A stretch of 64,000 nucleotides of DNA from Geosiphon pyriformis uo1. Its lineage: Eukaryota; Fungi; Glomeromycota. The stretch's first letter is position 1; each line of letters begins with the position of its first letter. This document shows positions 49,601 to 62,700 of this stretch, in pieces. The notes beneath the pieces were generated by a model. It saw only the letters and a list, made by a program, of their open reading frames with translations. It had not been told where the DNA came from and made no database searches. The stretch spans positions 62,001 through 126,000 of the forward strand of contig JAAOMT010000324.1 of NCBI GenBank assembly GCA_016748015.1, given 5' to 3'. The translations under genes and the position numbers were made by a program.

Positions 49601-51314
49601 TCAATTCTTCAGATAATTTTTTGGCTAGCATTATCCAGATTTTTTTGGGGTGCAATCTTTCTCTGGGTGGTCTCATAACCAATGCTTTTTGATTTCAAAA
49701 CAGAACTTCTATGTCTGTCATTTTTGGTAAGCCCACCTTTTATAAATGTGTCTCTTCACTTTGGTATTATGGAATTGCTTTTGTTGAGCAACTTTGTAAT
49801 CATACTGGTTCTATTTTTGAATGGAGAACTTTTAAGTGGTGGAAAAGATTGGACTCTTGGAGCCCAGTTCTTCATTGGTTTGATGTTTTTGTTCGCTTTT
49901 TGAATGATTCTGGGTCATCTTCTGTTTGCAATCTTCTGTTGTCAGATGTTGATTTGTCTAATGTTTTTGAGTTTCATGAGTTTGAAGTTGTGTGTAATCA
50001 TCTGTTGGAAATTGATTCTAGTCGTTTTTTTTTGTTTATGAATGGTTCTTTAAATGGGCTAGATACTCTAAGTATGAAAGCTGGTGCTGCTGTTTTTTTT
50101 GAAGACATTGATTTAAGTTTGGGTGTGAGAGTATCTGAATTGGTTTTTTCTACTATGGCAGAGCTGCAGGCCATTGCTCTGGCTCTTGAGTGTGTTCTTT
50201 TTTCTCATTTGGTCAACTTGTTTTTGAACAGCCAGGCTGCTTTGAATGTGTGCAAATCAGAATTCATGTTAACTTGTCCAGATTTCAGAAATTGGTGTTG
50301 GATCAAGTGTCACCACATTACTAATATTATTCATCACAAGAATTTGGATGTTAATTGGGTTAAAGTTAGAGATCACTCTGGTGTTTTGGGCAATGAGTGT
50401 GCTGACACTTTCACTAAAACTGCTGCATTTTTTGATATGCATCTTCCTCACATAATCAATGAACATTTTTTTAGGGCTAGTGGTAATGCAATGTCTGGTA
50501 ATTCTAGGCATTTTGTTTGTGGTGTTTTCCAATCTGTTTACCATACATACTGGAAGATTGGCTCTAGTTTCTGGGTCTTGGTAGATAGCCTGCATGCTGA
50601 TGTTAATTGGTCCAGATCTTCTTTAATGTGGCATCTGAACTTTCATTTGACTGCTGGTTTCACTAGTACTCAGACTGCTGGCTTTTAGATATATTTTATG
50701 AAGGCATTGCATCATCATCTTCTAGTTGCTGTGCATAAGCGTCTTTATAATAAGAGTTACTCCAGTGTGATATGTCTATTCTGTAATAATGTTGAGATCT
50801 TAGACCATGTGTTTTCTTGCCCATTTGATGCTGTTGGTTATGTTCAGTTGGTGGAAGTTCATGCATCTGCTTGCAAGGTGTGCTCAAGTTTATCTCATTC
50901 TTTTTTGTGCATTTTGCAAGTGCTTTTTACTTGCATTTTCAATGTTGTTGTTGGTGCAGCTTTGTGTAAGGGCTTTGTTTTCAAGGAGTGGTATCATGAA
51001 TCTGTTGCTGTTTTTAAGAACTTTCAGATTGTGGTTCAGAATATCATGGCTTTTGTGTGTGAGTTTTGTTTTGTGTTTTGTATGATGTTTGGCTAATGTG
51101 TACTAAATATTAAGCTGTTATGAAAAAAGGTGACATGATCTTGCATGATGATTTTGTTTCTGTTTCAATCTCTGGTCTTTCTTCGGTGCTTTTGGCTGGT
51201 GTGATTAGGTTGTTGAGTATTGCAGATGTATTTAGTGTTAGTTTTGGGTTTTGTAAATCTTGTTTATTCTTTTCAGATATAAGTGACATGGTTTCAGTAC
51301 ATATAAGTGTCTAG
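46634..51314 (+). pseudogene. LINE-b ORF2 (APE-RT-RNaseH-CCHC)
   Basis: GDDFNED, AFVDD, AELQAIALAL, HSGVLGNECAD, CLFCNNVEILDHVFSC; many stops. Confidence 0.92.
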
Positions 51315-54300
51315 TGTTGTCCTGACTAGTCTGAATGACTGGTTATGTATAGAAAATACATGATTTATACCTAGTTTAGATTACTTGTATAATGTATTAT
51401 ACTAGGCAATTTTTGGATCTCACTTATTAAATTGAATAAAAAAAAAAATAGTAGTAACTAAGTTTTTTAAAATGTATAAACAAACTTTTTTAATAAGTTT
51501 GTTTTTTAATTTAGCAATAACTAGTTTAAAATTTGAACATTAGAGTAATATTTATTGTTTTTTAATTGTTTATTCTTTTAAAAAATTTATTAAACTTTTT
51601 AAAATAAGTTACAACAGATTTAATTGGTTTTTGTCTAATGTTTTAAAAGCAATTTTGAAGTGTAATTAAGATGTTGTTGTTAATAAACTATTCAAAAAAA
51701 GCAATTTTAAAAGTAATTTAATTAGTAAAAATTGCTACTAAGTTTTTAAATTATTTACTTGTAGTTTTTTATAAAAAGTAAAAAATTGTTTTTATTATTT
51801 TTAATATATTTTATTTATTTGTATTTTCTGTCTTTGTAATTTATTAAGCCATTTTTAAAAATTCATTTCAGTATTTTTTGGTAAATTTAAAAATTTTTGC
51901 AATATAAATAATAGTCATTTTTTTATTGTTTTTTTTGTTGTTTGTAGTGTTTTTTATTGTTTTTTTTTATTGACTAAGGTTTTTAAGTATTTATTTTAGT
52001 TTTTTGCTAAATAATTAAGAAGATTAATACTAATATAAATTAGTTTTAGCTATTAAATAAAACTTTTTATAAATTGATTAAATAATAAATTAAATATTTG
52101 TGTTTAAATAAGTAAAGCTAAAAAAAATGTAATTAAAATAATAGTTTAATATTTAATTTTTGTTTAAATATTTACAGATGCTTAAATATTTGTCTTTAGT
52201 GTATTAGATATTATTTAAACTGATCAAATATTTTTCTTTACTACTTATTTTTAATTCAAATTTAAGTTTAAGAACAAATTGTAAATTGAGAGAGTATTTT
52301 TTTTACAAAATTAAATAATATTGCAGTTAAGTTTTTAAAAATAAATAGTACAAGTTTTAATACTAATAGCTTTTGAATTTTTATTTAAATAATAAATTAA
52401 ATTTCAAGATTTTTTTAATTTCTGTAATATTGTAGTTTCTAAAAAAATAATTATTGATTCAGTTTTTAATGTATTAAAAAAGTGTTTTTTTAACAGTTGT
52501 AATTTTATCTTGAATTTCAAATTTTTGTTTGCAGTAAGTGTAAATTGACTAATATTTTAAAGTTGTTATATTGGATATAATTACTATTTTAATATAATTA
52601 TTGCTGTATTATTCTTGAAAGAATACCAAATGTTATTAAAAGTTTTTTTATCTTTTTTTTAATGTTGTTAATACTGTTTTGTTGTTAATTCTGCTGCTGA
52701 TAAAAGCTGATAAATTTTTAATATAATTTTTTTTTAAGATAGTTTTTCATATTTTAAACCATATATATTGTTGGATTTATAATAGAATAGCCAATTTTGT
52801 ATCAATTACTTATATAGTTATTTTGCAGTAAAAGTTAATTTTTTTACCAAAAAATTTTGTCTGTAAATTTTTTAATTAATGTGTAATTATTTTGTTATAA
52901 AAGTCAACTTTTTTATAAGAAATTTTGATTGTAATCTACTTAATAATATAAAAAATAAATAAAGAAGATGATAATTAAGACTTAAAATTCCAAAAAAAAT
53001 ATTTAATTTAAATTAAGATACATTTTTTTGAAGAAAAAAATTTTTTTTATATAACTTATTATAATATTATTCTATAATCTAGCATTTTTTTTAATTTTAA
53101 CAAATTAAAGATATATTTTATTAAACTATAAGTTATTTCTGCAAACTATAAATTATTTTGGTAAACTGTTAAATATTTTGTTAAATTTATAAATATTTTG
53201 GCAAAGTTTAAATATTATATAGTTTAGTGTATTATATAATTTAATTATTATAATTTGATTATATTTGTGTTTTGTACAAATTAAATTATTAATTAAATAA
53301 TAATTTGGTTAATTTAATAAGTTAATAAGTAATAAATTAAAATAATTATATACCAATTAATAATAAAATTTATAAAAATAATTTTATGCTAAATAATATT
53401 TCAAATTTTAGCTAATAATATATTCTTAAAGATTATTTTTATAATTTATAATTTTATTTTAAACATTAAACTTGTTTTTTTAACCAAATATTCTTTTTTT
53501 ATGCTTATGTTTTTACTTTTAATTTTTTTATTTTTATTAATATTACTTATTTACTTTTTAAGTTTATTATTTATTTAAAAAAAAAGCAGTTTTATTATTA
53601 AACTTTATTATGTTTGATATTTTTTTCTTTTAAAAGCCAAAGTATTTTTATATTTATTTTGCCAATCATATTAACAATAGCTTTTAAGTTTTGTATAAAA
53701 AAATTATTGGTAAATAAAATATTAATAAAAAACAAAATAAAAACACAAATCTTTTTTCTTAAAAAACATGTTTTTTTAGAATTTTTAAAAGAAAAAAGTT
53801 TTTTTAAATCTTTTTTTGTTTTGTTTTATATTGAACAATAAAAATAAATTATAAATTTTAGTAAATATTTTGTAAACATGTTTTTTAATTTTATAGAAAA
53901 TATAAATATTAAATTTATTTTGGTTTTTTAATATATTCAATTTAATTTGAAAAAATAAAAATTTTTATTATACATTAAATCAATTAATATAAAAATATTT
54001 TTGTTTCAAATTATTAAGTATATTAATTAATATTTTCTATGTTTTTTTAATAAATAATTTATAAATATTACAATATAACAATTCTTTTTATTAATTATTA
54101 TATAATTAAATTAATAGTATTATTATTGTTAAAATAAACAACTAATTTCTAAAATATATAATTTTGAAATTTTTTTTAAAAATTGCCATTTTAGTCATTT
54201 TATTAATTAAACTATATAGTCCCAAAAAATCTTTCTCTTAGAACGATTTAGTTAATAATAAGATTTAAATACTATTATTTAGGTTCTGAACATGTCCCTG

Positions 54301-54361
54301 ACACTATTAAAAATATAAAATACTCATAAATAATGGATGATTTTGAATCTAAAATGTTTTC

Positions 54362-54961
54362 TCAAAAAATGATTTTTATTGAGAATACACTTACCAAAGT
54401 TGCCTGTTTTTCAGCAGCTTGTTGCGCCTTTTTTTTACATTGAACTTTCGAAATGAAAGAAGCAAAAAAAATTATATTTTGTACTTTCTTTTCGCCACCA
54501 CAAGAAACCAATTCCCATAAGCTCAACTGGGTTCCCATTCGTTTTTTCGCAAACTCGGAAGGGGTGAAAGGTAGCGGGGTTGGTTGGAGTCTTTCCCTAG
54601 GAGTGTTCAAGATAGGCGTCCAATCCTCTTGGACAACTTTTATGTTCAAGTCAGGAGATTTTATTTGAGTAGTCCAAATGGTGTAATACTTATATTTTCG
54701 TTTCTTCTTACATAGGGAAGTGGGGAAAGGCTTTGCATTTTTAGGGGTTCTGAAGTCGGGGTTAAAAATGTGGTATATTTTCTTAGGCTCATGAACTTCT
54801 GGAAACGAAACAGGACGAAAAGGGTTTCGCGGGGCAAAAACTTGTGTGTAAGTTGAAGTTAACGAATTTGCACATTTGAGTTGATAAGCTTTTTTATTAT
54901 AAAATTCTAGAAGGCTTTTTTGGTTGGGATGTGGTTTTTTTTTCTTGGATACTTTCGGCAT
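54362..54961 (-). CDS. Probable host gene: small basic Lys/Pro-rich hypothetical protein with PIP-box motif; 3' end probably spliced
   Basis: 199-codon ATG ORF in a GC-richer, CpG-retaining island with no TE homology in the window; GTAAGT donor at 54394; TATA-like element ~55066-55075. Confidence 0.65.
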   Translation of the reverse strand: MPKVSKKKKPHPNQKSLLEFYNKKAYQLKCANSLTSTYTQVFAPRNPFRPVSFPEVHEPKKIYHIFNPDFRTPKNAKPFPTSLCKKKRKYKYYTIWTTQIKSPDLNIKVVQEDWTPILNTPRERLQPTPLPFTPSEFAKKRMGTQLSLWELVSCGGEKKVQNIIFFASFISKVQCKKKAQQAAEKQATLVSVFSIKIIF

Positions 54962-56767
54962 CTTACGTTACAAAACCAAATAACCCTTTCGAGTGAGTAA
55001 ATATTTTCATTTGGAGACACGACGTAATAAACTTTGGTGGTTTAATTTTTGTTTTATCACATGAGTATATAAAAATCCCATGCTCGGATCTATTTTGCTC
55101 TCTTTAATGATATTTAGAATTATTTGATAATGAATATAAACTTTTTATTCATAACATCTTAATAACTGTAATTTTTTATGAATTAAAAATTTTTCTAATT
55201 TATTAAATTAAATAAAAAATAACAAATTAGAAAAATCAATAATGTAATTAATAAAATTTATTTAAAAAATAAATAAATTTAATTATAAAAAAAACTAAAA
55301 AAAATTTATTACATAATTAATATCACTTTTATTTTTTTATTTCAAAAAATGAAATTTATAAAAATAACAACAATTTTAATGTGTAAAACTGAATTGTTAA
55401 TAATTTGTTAATTTAATTTGTTATTAATAAACTAATAATTAATTTTAATTTTTTTAATAAATTATAGTTAATATATAAAATGCAATAATTAAAAATTTAT
55501 TATTATTAAAATTTTGTTAATGTTTTTATATTAATATTATTAAAATTTAATTTCAAAAATTTAATATAATTTTTTATTATCATTTGATAAAATGTAATTT
55601 AATTATTATTTAAATATATTTAATATATATATATATATTATATTAATTACAATTTTACAGAATTAATTATTTAAAATTATATTAAATAATAAATTAAAAA
55701 CAGATTTTTGTATTTATTTTATTAATAAAAAATTTAAAGTTTTATTATTTTATATAAACTTATTTATAAAAAATAATAATTTTTTATTATTGGTTATTTT
55801 ATTAAATAATATAATATAAATGCTTAAAATAGTAAAGAATCTTGCTAAAAATTTTAATTTAAAAAAAAATTATTTATTTTTGAATTAAATAATAAAATTT
55901 TAGTTAATATAATTGTATAATGTAATTTTAATTGGCTTGAATAACTAATTATATGTAAAAAATATATTAGTTTAAATAAAAAACTTTTTTTCTTCTATGT
56001 TCAAAATTTTTCAAAATAAAAATAATTTTGCAAAAAAGTTTTTTGTTATTATTTTATAAGATACAAATTTTTTTGTTTTAAGTTTAACAATTATTATAAA
56101 TAATAATATAATAAAGAAAAAATCGATTAAAGACATTGTTTTTGGTTTTATTAATAATAATTTAATACAGAAACCAAAAATTTTAATTAATAATATTAAA
56201 TACTTAAATATAAAACAGATTTAAAAATTAATTTATTTTTAGATAATGTTAATTTTAAATAATTTATAAACATAAAAACAGACTTAATAAAAAAAAAAAT
56301 AAATTTTTTAATAATTAATAATAAATATAAAGTAAATAATAAAAATAAAAATTTTTTGAATTTTTAAATAAATATTTTTAAAGTAAAAAAATAAATATTA
56401 ATCAACAGAAAAATATTTTTTTAAATATAATTAATTTTAATATAAATAAAAAAAAATAATACTTCTTTTATATTAAACTATTATTTTGTAAAAAAATAAA
56501 TTAATTTCAAGATAATTAAAAAAATTATCATCTTTTTAAAGTTTAAATAAAACTATATTATTAATTATTAAGCTAAAATTCTAATAAACAGCAATTTTAA
56601 AAAACAAGAAAATTATTCAGATTAAATTGTAATTATTAAAAAAGTTTTTATAAATATATCTAAAAAAACAATTATTTAATTTTATTTGAATTTAATTAAA
56701 TAATATTAAAAAAAAACTTTTTTCTCTTGTCAATTCTTTGATCACAATGAAAGCAAAAAATTTATTG

Positions 56768-59700
56768 AAAAACTAGCTTTTCTTTTCTCTTTTTTTCTTT
56801 ATTTCTTTTAATTATTTCTTTTTACACAACTTCTTTTGTTACAATAGAATCAGTAAAAATACTTATTAGTAGTTTTAATTCTGATTTAACTGATTTAAGA
56901 ACTTATTTAAGTGCCAAAAAAGACATATAAAGAATGTCTACTCTTGCAATACATTTTATAAAAAACTGAAAAAACCTGAAGCTAGTGGTGTGATTAACTT
57001 GTCTGCTGGCTTTTTGAGTTTAGATAATATTAATAGAGTTAATATCAAACCAGTAGTGTTCTAAGAAAGCAATATTAGTAGTATTGTAAATAATATTAGT
57101 AGTTTATTAAATATTGAGAATATAAAAAACACAATTGTTGAGAAAACAAAGTATGCAAATTTAGACACTTCAGTAGATAATAAAAATATAAATAAAACCA
57201 TGTCAAAAAAAACTCACACCCAGATATATGTGTTAAATTACTCTTTAAAGACACTTTTATTTGTTAATATAAGTGATAATAATAATGTTCTGGTGCTTTT
57301 GTCTTTTAAGTTTGTTGGTTTTAAACAGTTGCTATTGGTTGGATCATGTGTTTTGGAAAAGCAAAACTTCGAACCTGTTAAATTGTTTATTTTAAATATT
57401 GTTATCAGAAAATTTTCACACTTTCAATACAAAAATTACAACACATACAATGAAAATTAACATCAAAATCATGTGAAAAAAACCTACATTATCACACTTA
57501 ATCAACAAAATCAGCTGGCAATTTGAGAATAAATAATCAGCAATCAATCCAATTACAACAAAGAAATATGGCACAATTTAACAGTTTAACTAAGTTGGAT
57601 ACAAAAAAATCTTGGCAAACTAAGAAACACCAATGGAAATGAATAATTGATGTATATAATCAGATAACAACAGATTTTGTTATGCTCCAAAATTCTTATA
57701 TGCTCTTATTAGAACAATTTAACATTCCAGATCTGCAATTAATGGTTAAAAGTAGTTACCAAGAAATGTAATCAATTGATTTATTTCTGATTATGTTGAT
57801 CATAATCACAATTGGTATGATTGATTTACAATCAATGTTCTAGATTCAGCCATCTAAATCTAATCATCTAAATTATTAGCTCTTGGATAAATAACAGGCC
57901 AAGTAAGCTCATCATAAATTGATTAATTAAATATATATAAATAATTGATGTATTTTAAATAGTTCTAATATAGTATGTAGATTTGATGTAATTTAGCTAT
58001 ATATACAGCTTCTTTGTCAGCTCAGAAAAATATCAGTTCAATACTGAGCCAACTTTTCACTATAGTTTTATAGTGAGCAGTTAGTCTTCTTCTTTATCTT
58101 TTACTTTTTTTTTCTCCTTTTCTATGCTCTAAATACTTGTTATCACAATTTCAAGTATGCCTTTTCATATTTCTTATCACTATTTGGAATCACATTGTTT
58201 ATAATCTTTTACCTACTTGTTATTACCATTTCAAGTTGTTCTATTACTTCTGATCTTTTAAATTATGTGTTATTACCATTTTACATTAAGTTTTGTTTCA
58301 CCGAACAAGTTGTTAAATCTAAAAATAAGTAATAAAGTATCATATTGTTAAAGAGTGGTCTTAATAATAAAAAGTTTAAGCAAAATCTATTTCAGTTATG
58401 TTTGACTTTCATAATTTCTTTTATAATTCTTATAACTTCATTTTCAAAGCGGGCATTTGAACATCACATTTTTTTGATGACTAATTAAAAGAATTTTGGT
58501 TATGATTTTTTTAAGTAGTTTTGGTTTCTTCTTGTTACTAGTTGCACTTCTGATACATATAAAGAGATGTAACTTCTCTTTTTCCTTTTTCAAATACCTA
58601 AAACTGGTTCTTGCCCAAAAACAAATAATAATGACAATACTTTCTTTCACTTTTAATGACCTTATTACATACTCCTTTTGCTTTCCCACCTACTGAAATA
58701 GTTTATACACCCATAATATGCTATAGTCAATAACATAATCATGGTAATGTGTATTCCAAATGAAATTTATTGTCATTGTTAAGAAGTTACAAATCCATAG
58801 CTTTCATCTGGTAACAATGTTAAGTTGTCTGCTGTGTTTAACAAAACTAATAATAATAAGTTAATTGCTGTAAAAAAAATTTTTTATTATGTAAATAGTT
58901 TTGAGAAAGCCTCTACTTCTTTAAAACTTTTTGGAATAATCAGATCTTTTTTTATATCTGAGTTGAGTTTAAAAAAAACAAAAGAATTGGCAGTTAGTAA
59001 AAAAATTCGGATTAATAATGACATATCAAAACTAAATAACCATATAGATTAGAAGATAATTTTTAAAAAGATTTCTGTTAATCTTCCCAAATCAACAATA
59101 GAATCGATTTTTTTTAAATTTGGCAAGATTATTTCAATCAAAATACAACTGATTAGTCTTTGGCAAAAAGCCTTAGTTGAATTTAAATTATCAGATATTG
59201 TCAGCTTAATTGCTTCCAACTGATTAATTCATATGAAAAAAAATTCTGTACACATGGCTTTAGCAGTCAATAATAAACAGTTATTAGTATCAAAAAATCT
59301 TTATTGGGCTTTACTGTATACTTTACCAGTTGGCATTACTGTTTATGATTTTTCTAATTTGCTAGAATCATATAGTAAGAAGACTTATTTTATTGGCCAT
59401 AATCCAAATTCATATATGTGTAACAGATATACTGTGATTTGTTTTATTGATAAGGTCTTTAAAAAGGCTGTTATTAATTCTACACCAGTTTTTAGAGGTG
59501 TGAATTTGCATTAAGCTGGTTTTTCTTTGATCTATTGTATTTAGTATAAACAATTTGGTCATGTTTTTGACATGTGTTTAATAAGTGAAAATCTGAATAG
59601 TCATAGTAAACAATTGATCATTTCTTATAATCAAATTTATTTAGTAAACATATATAAAAAGAAGCAGATGCCAATTACTTATCCAGTTTTATTTGGTGGA

Positions 59701-62700
59701 AAAACTTGGGTATAGATTGCTAATAGTTCTACTTTTATGTAGTTTTTTTGGTTTTTTCTAATGTTGGTTTATCTTTGAATATTAAACCATTTTTACGGGT
59801 TTTTTTAACTATAAACAATAGGTTTGCTGCTTTTAAATACAGTTTTGCCAGTTTTATAAAGCAAGTTAACAAGCTGGCTAAAAGATTGAATGTACTTAGA
59901 TTAATGGTTTTTTAGTCTAGTCTTGGATGTTAATTATTAGTGACTTTTTTATTACAGAATCAAAGAGCAAATATAGTGATAAGTAAGAGTTCCGATACAT
60001 CTAATTATGATAAGACTGTTGTAAAAATAGTGTTTTTAAATTCATTAGTGGTTTCTAAATTAAAAAACAACTTAATAAGTCTCTTGAATATGATTATAGG
60101 CTTTTTTGCCAAGATTAATAATTTTGTTTTGGAGTTAAGATCTTACTATTTAAATAACAGACTTGATTTAAAAGGTTGCTATATGCAATGTTTGGGGTTT
60201 CAATGTTCTTGCCAAGCAAAAAAATATTATTTGTTGGCATGTAAAATCAGAGAATATAATTTCAATTATTACAGAAACTAAATTAAGGTTTAGTATTAGA
60301 CCATAGATTATAAATAAGTTTGATAGAATTCGGATTTTTATTTCTGGTTTGGATGTTGATTTTTTTGGTGCAAATGTTGTCATAATTATGAATAGTTCTT
60401 TGGTTTATCATGTTTTTAAGATAAATAAGATTCTAAATCATTTAATTTTTATATGGTTCTTGTTCAAAAACAAGTTTGTGATTATAATTTTGGGTTTATA
60501 TACTGGGATGTCTGCTGGTGTACAGTTTGATTAAGCTTCTATTATCAACTCTATTATCTCTAAAACAGTTAATTCTAGCTTTTTTGTGGTTTTAGATAGA
60601 AATTTTAATAAAAATGGATCCAAAAAGAGTGCAAGTTTCAAGTTTTGTTCAGATCTAAATCTGGTTTATGTTTTCAATAAGTATTTTTTGGGTAAAACTT
60701 CTACTTAAAGCAATTTTAAAGATGTTGAAAAGATGTTAAATTTTATATTTGTAAATAAAAATCTGGCATCTGTAGTTATAAATTACAAAGTTAATATTGT
60801 ATTAGAATTTTTTGATACTAATTATAAAGTAGTCTTAGTTTTAATTGGTCTAAATAGTTTTTTGAATGTTTATCTTAATGGCATTTATAAGCAAACTAAT
60901 TGGGATTATGGAAATTTAGGATTAAAAATGCTAATAATGTCAAATAAGTACAATTTAGAGAACATATTTCAAATAAATTGTTGGTAAAATTAAATATATT
61001 TAAGGAAATAAAATATTGTGATAATTTGGATACAATATGAGAAATGCTAAAAAAAACTGTAATACAATCTGCTAATATGGTGTTCTTTAAACATTGATAT
61101 AATAAGTATAATTGTGTAAAAAACAAATAGTCATCAAGATTTTTTAAGTTGGAACTGCTTATAGCCAAGATTATAAAGAAATGGTATTTTGGTAATCTGT
61201 TAGAGTTTAAGTGTCTTGTTAATATTTAGTTGTCAATTGATAATACTAAGATATCTAAGATGTCCAACATGGTTCAAGATTGTATAAAATCAATAAACAT
61301 TTGTTACTAGTTAAGAAAAAGTATTAGCAATCCAAATATTATGAGTTAAAAGTGTTTAAAAATATAGCTATTAGGAAAGCAATTGAGCAATATATAGAAA
61401 ATTTTTGCTCTAACAAGAAGTAGATAATAAAGAGTATTTTGGAATAACTTTTTTGCAAAGTTGTATTGGATTACTTAGTAATAGAAAATGAATTAGTAGT
61501 AAAACCTAAAAAGATAAAGCTTAAAGTTAATAAAATCATAAAAGAATAGATAAAAAAGCAGTCAGTGTTTTCGAAGATGTTTAAGCAATAATCTTATTAA
61601 TATATGCTTTTAAATTATGTTGATAATAGTGTCTTTTCTGGTGTAATAAGTGAAATTAATTTGGAGAAATTAGCTTTAATAATTGGTAATTTGCTGAATG
61701 ACAAAGCAGCTGGATTGTCTAAGATACCTAATAAACTTTAGAAATATTGTAGTGATAAGATATTAAAATGTTTATTAAGGTTGTTGAATTTGTGTTTAAC
61801 TTTAAATGTAATTCCAGTTTCTTGAAAGAGAGCATAAATTTTTATTATCTTTAAATCTTATGAATAAAACAGTGTTTTAACAAATACTCAGCCTATTGCA
61901 CTAATCAAAATGGCTAAAAAAATCTTGTTCAAGATCTTCTCTGTTCGGATTTTTTTAATATATAGCAAATTTAATGTTTTTTATAATAACAACTTTTCAG
62001 TATTGAAAAGTATTTTGACTTAGTCTCCTATTTTTATTATTGAATCAGTAGTTAAAAATATACTGGAAAAGAATAAAAAGCTTTAATTGGTTTTATAAAA
62101 TATATAAAAAGCTTATAATTCTGTAAAGTAACATTATTTAAGGACTAGCTTGCAGTATATTAAAATATATAATCAGTTTATTAAATTTTTTGAGAACATA
62201 TATAAGAATTGGATCAATAAAGTTATGACTGATTTTGAACTTTCAAGTGGTTATAAAATACATGATGAGTTAGATTAGAGTAAGGTTTTTTTTCTTCTTC
62301 TTTGGAAGATTTTTTATAATCTGCTTTTATGTAAAATTAAAAGGCATAAGCATTTATATAGATACTGAATTAATACTAAGTTTGTAACCAAGACTGGCAG
62401 AATTGAGACTGTTGATAGGAAAACTTTATTTTTTGCTGCTGGTGCTTTTATTAATAACACAATTTAAATCAAAAATAGCCAAGCTTCTATGTAATATATT
62501 TTAAATATTATAAATGAGTTCTTTAATATTAATAACTTTCTAATTAATAATAAAAAGACAGTGGCTATTTCTATCAATCAGGATATTAAGAATGTTTCAT
62601 TAATGATTAATAATCTGCCAATTTTGATTGCTAAGAAAGATATACTATACAGATACTTAGGCATTTTTTTATCAATTAAGAATTTTTTTAAGTCTAGTTT

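Larger units (their letters stand above)
44695..51444 (+). mobile_element. Full-length LINE-b, same family group as LINE-a, more decayed
   Basis: TSD AAAATAGTAG (44685-44694 and 51445-51454); poly-A; 5' and 3' UTRs homologous to LINE-a. Confidence 0.95.
42140..53420 (-). mobile_element. Very decayed family-B-like gypsy 5' half (5' LTR ~52631-53420, PBS, gag, PR, Cys module, dUTPase), split by LINE-b
   Basis: Reverse complement is collinear with ~19025-23930 of B2; gag is continuous across the LINE insertion. Confidence 0.85.

Noticed and set aside
53614-53841. 75-aa ORF and similar short Ile/Lys/Phe-rich ORFs (e.g. 8518-8712, 58444-58696)
   Set aside because: Compositional artefacts of AT-rich or LTR DNA.
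55100-56760. Ultra-AT-rich tract as centromere, origin or organellar insert; weak hairpins
   Set aside because: No diagnostic features; low complexity makes chance symmetry likely; best explained as terminally decayed repeats.
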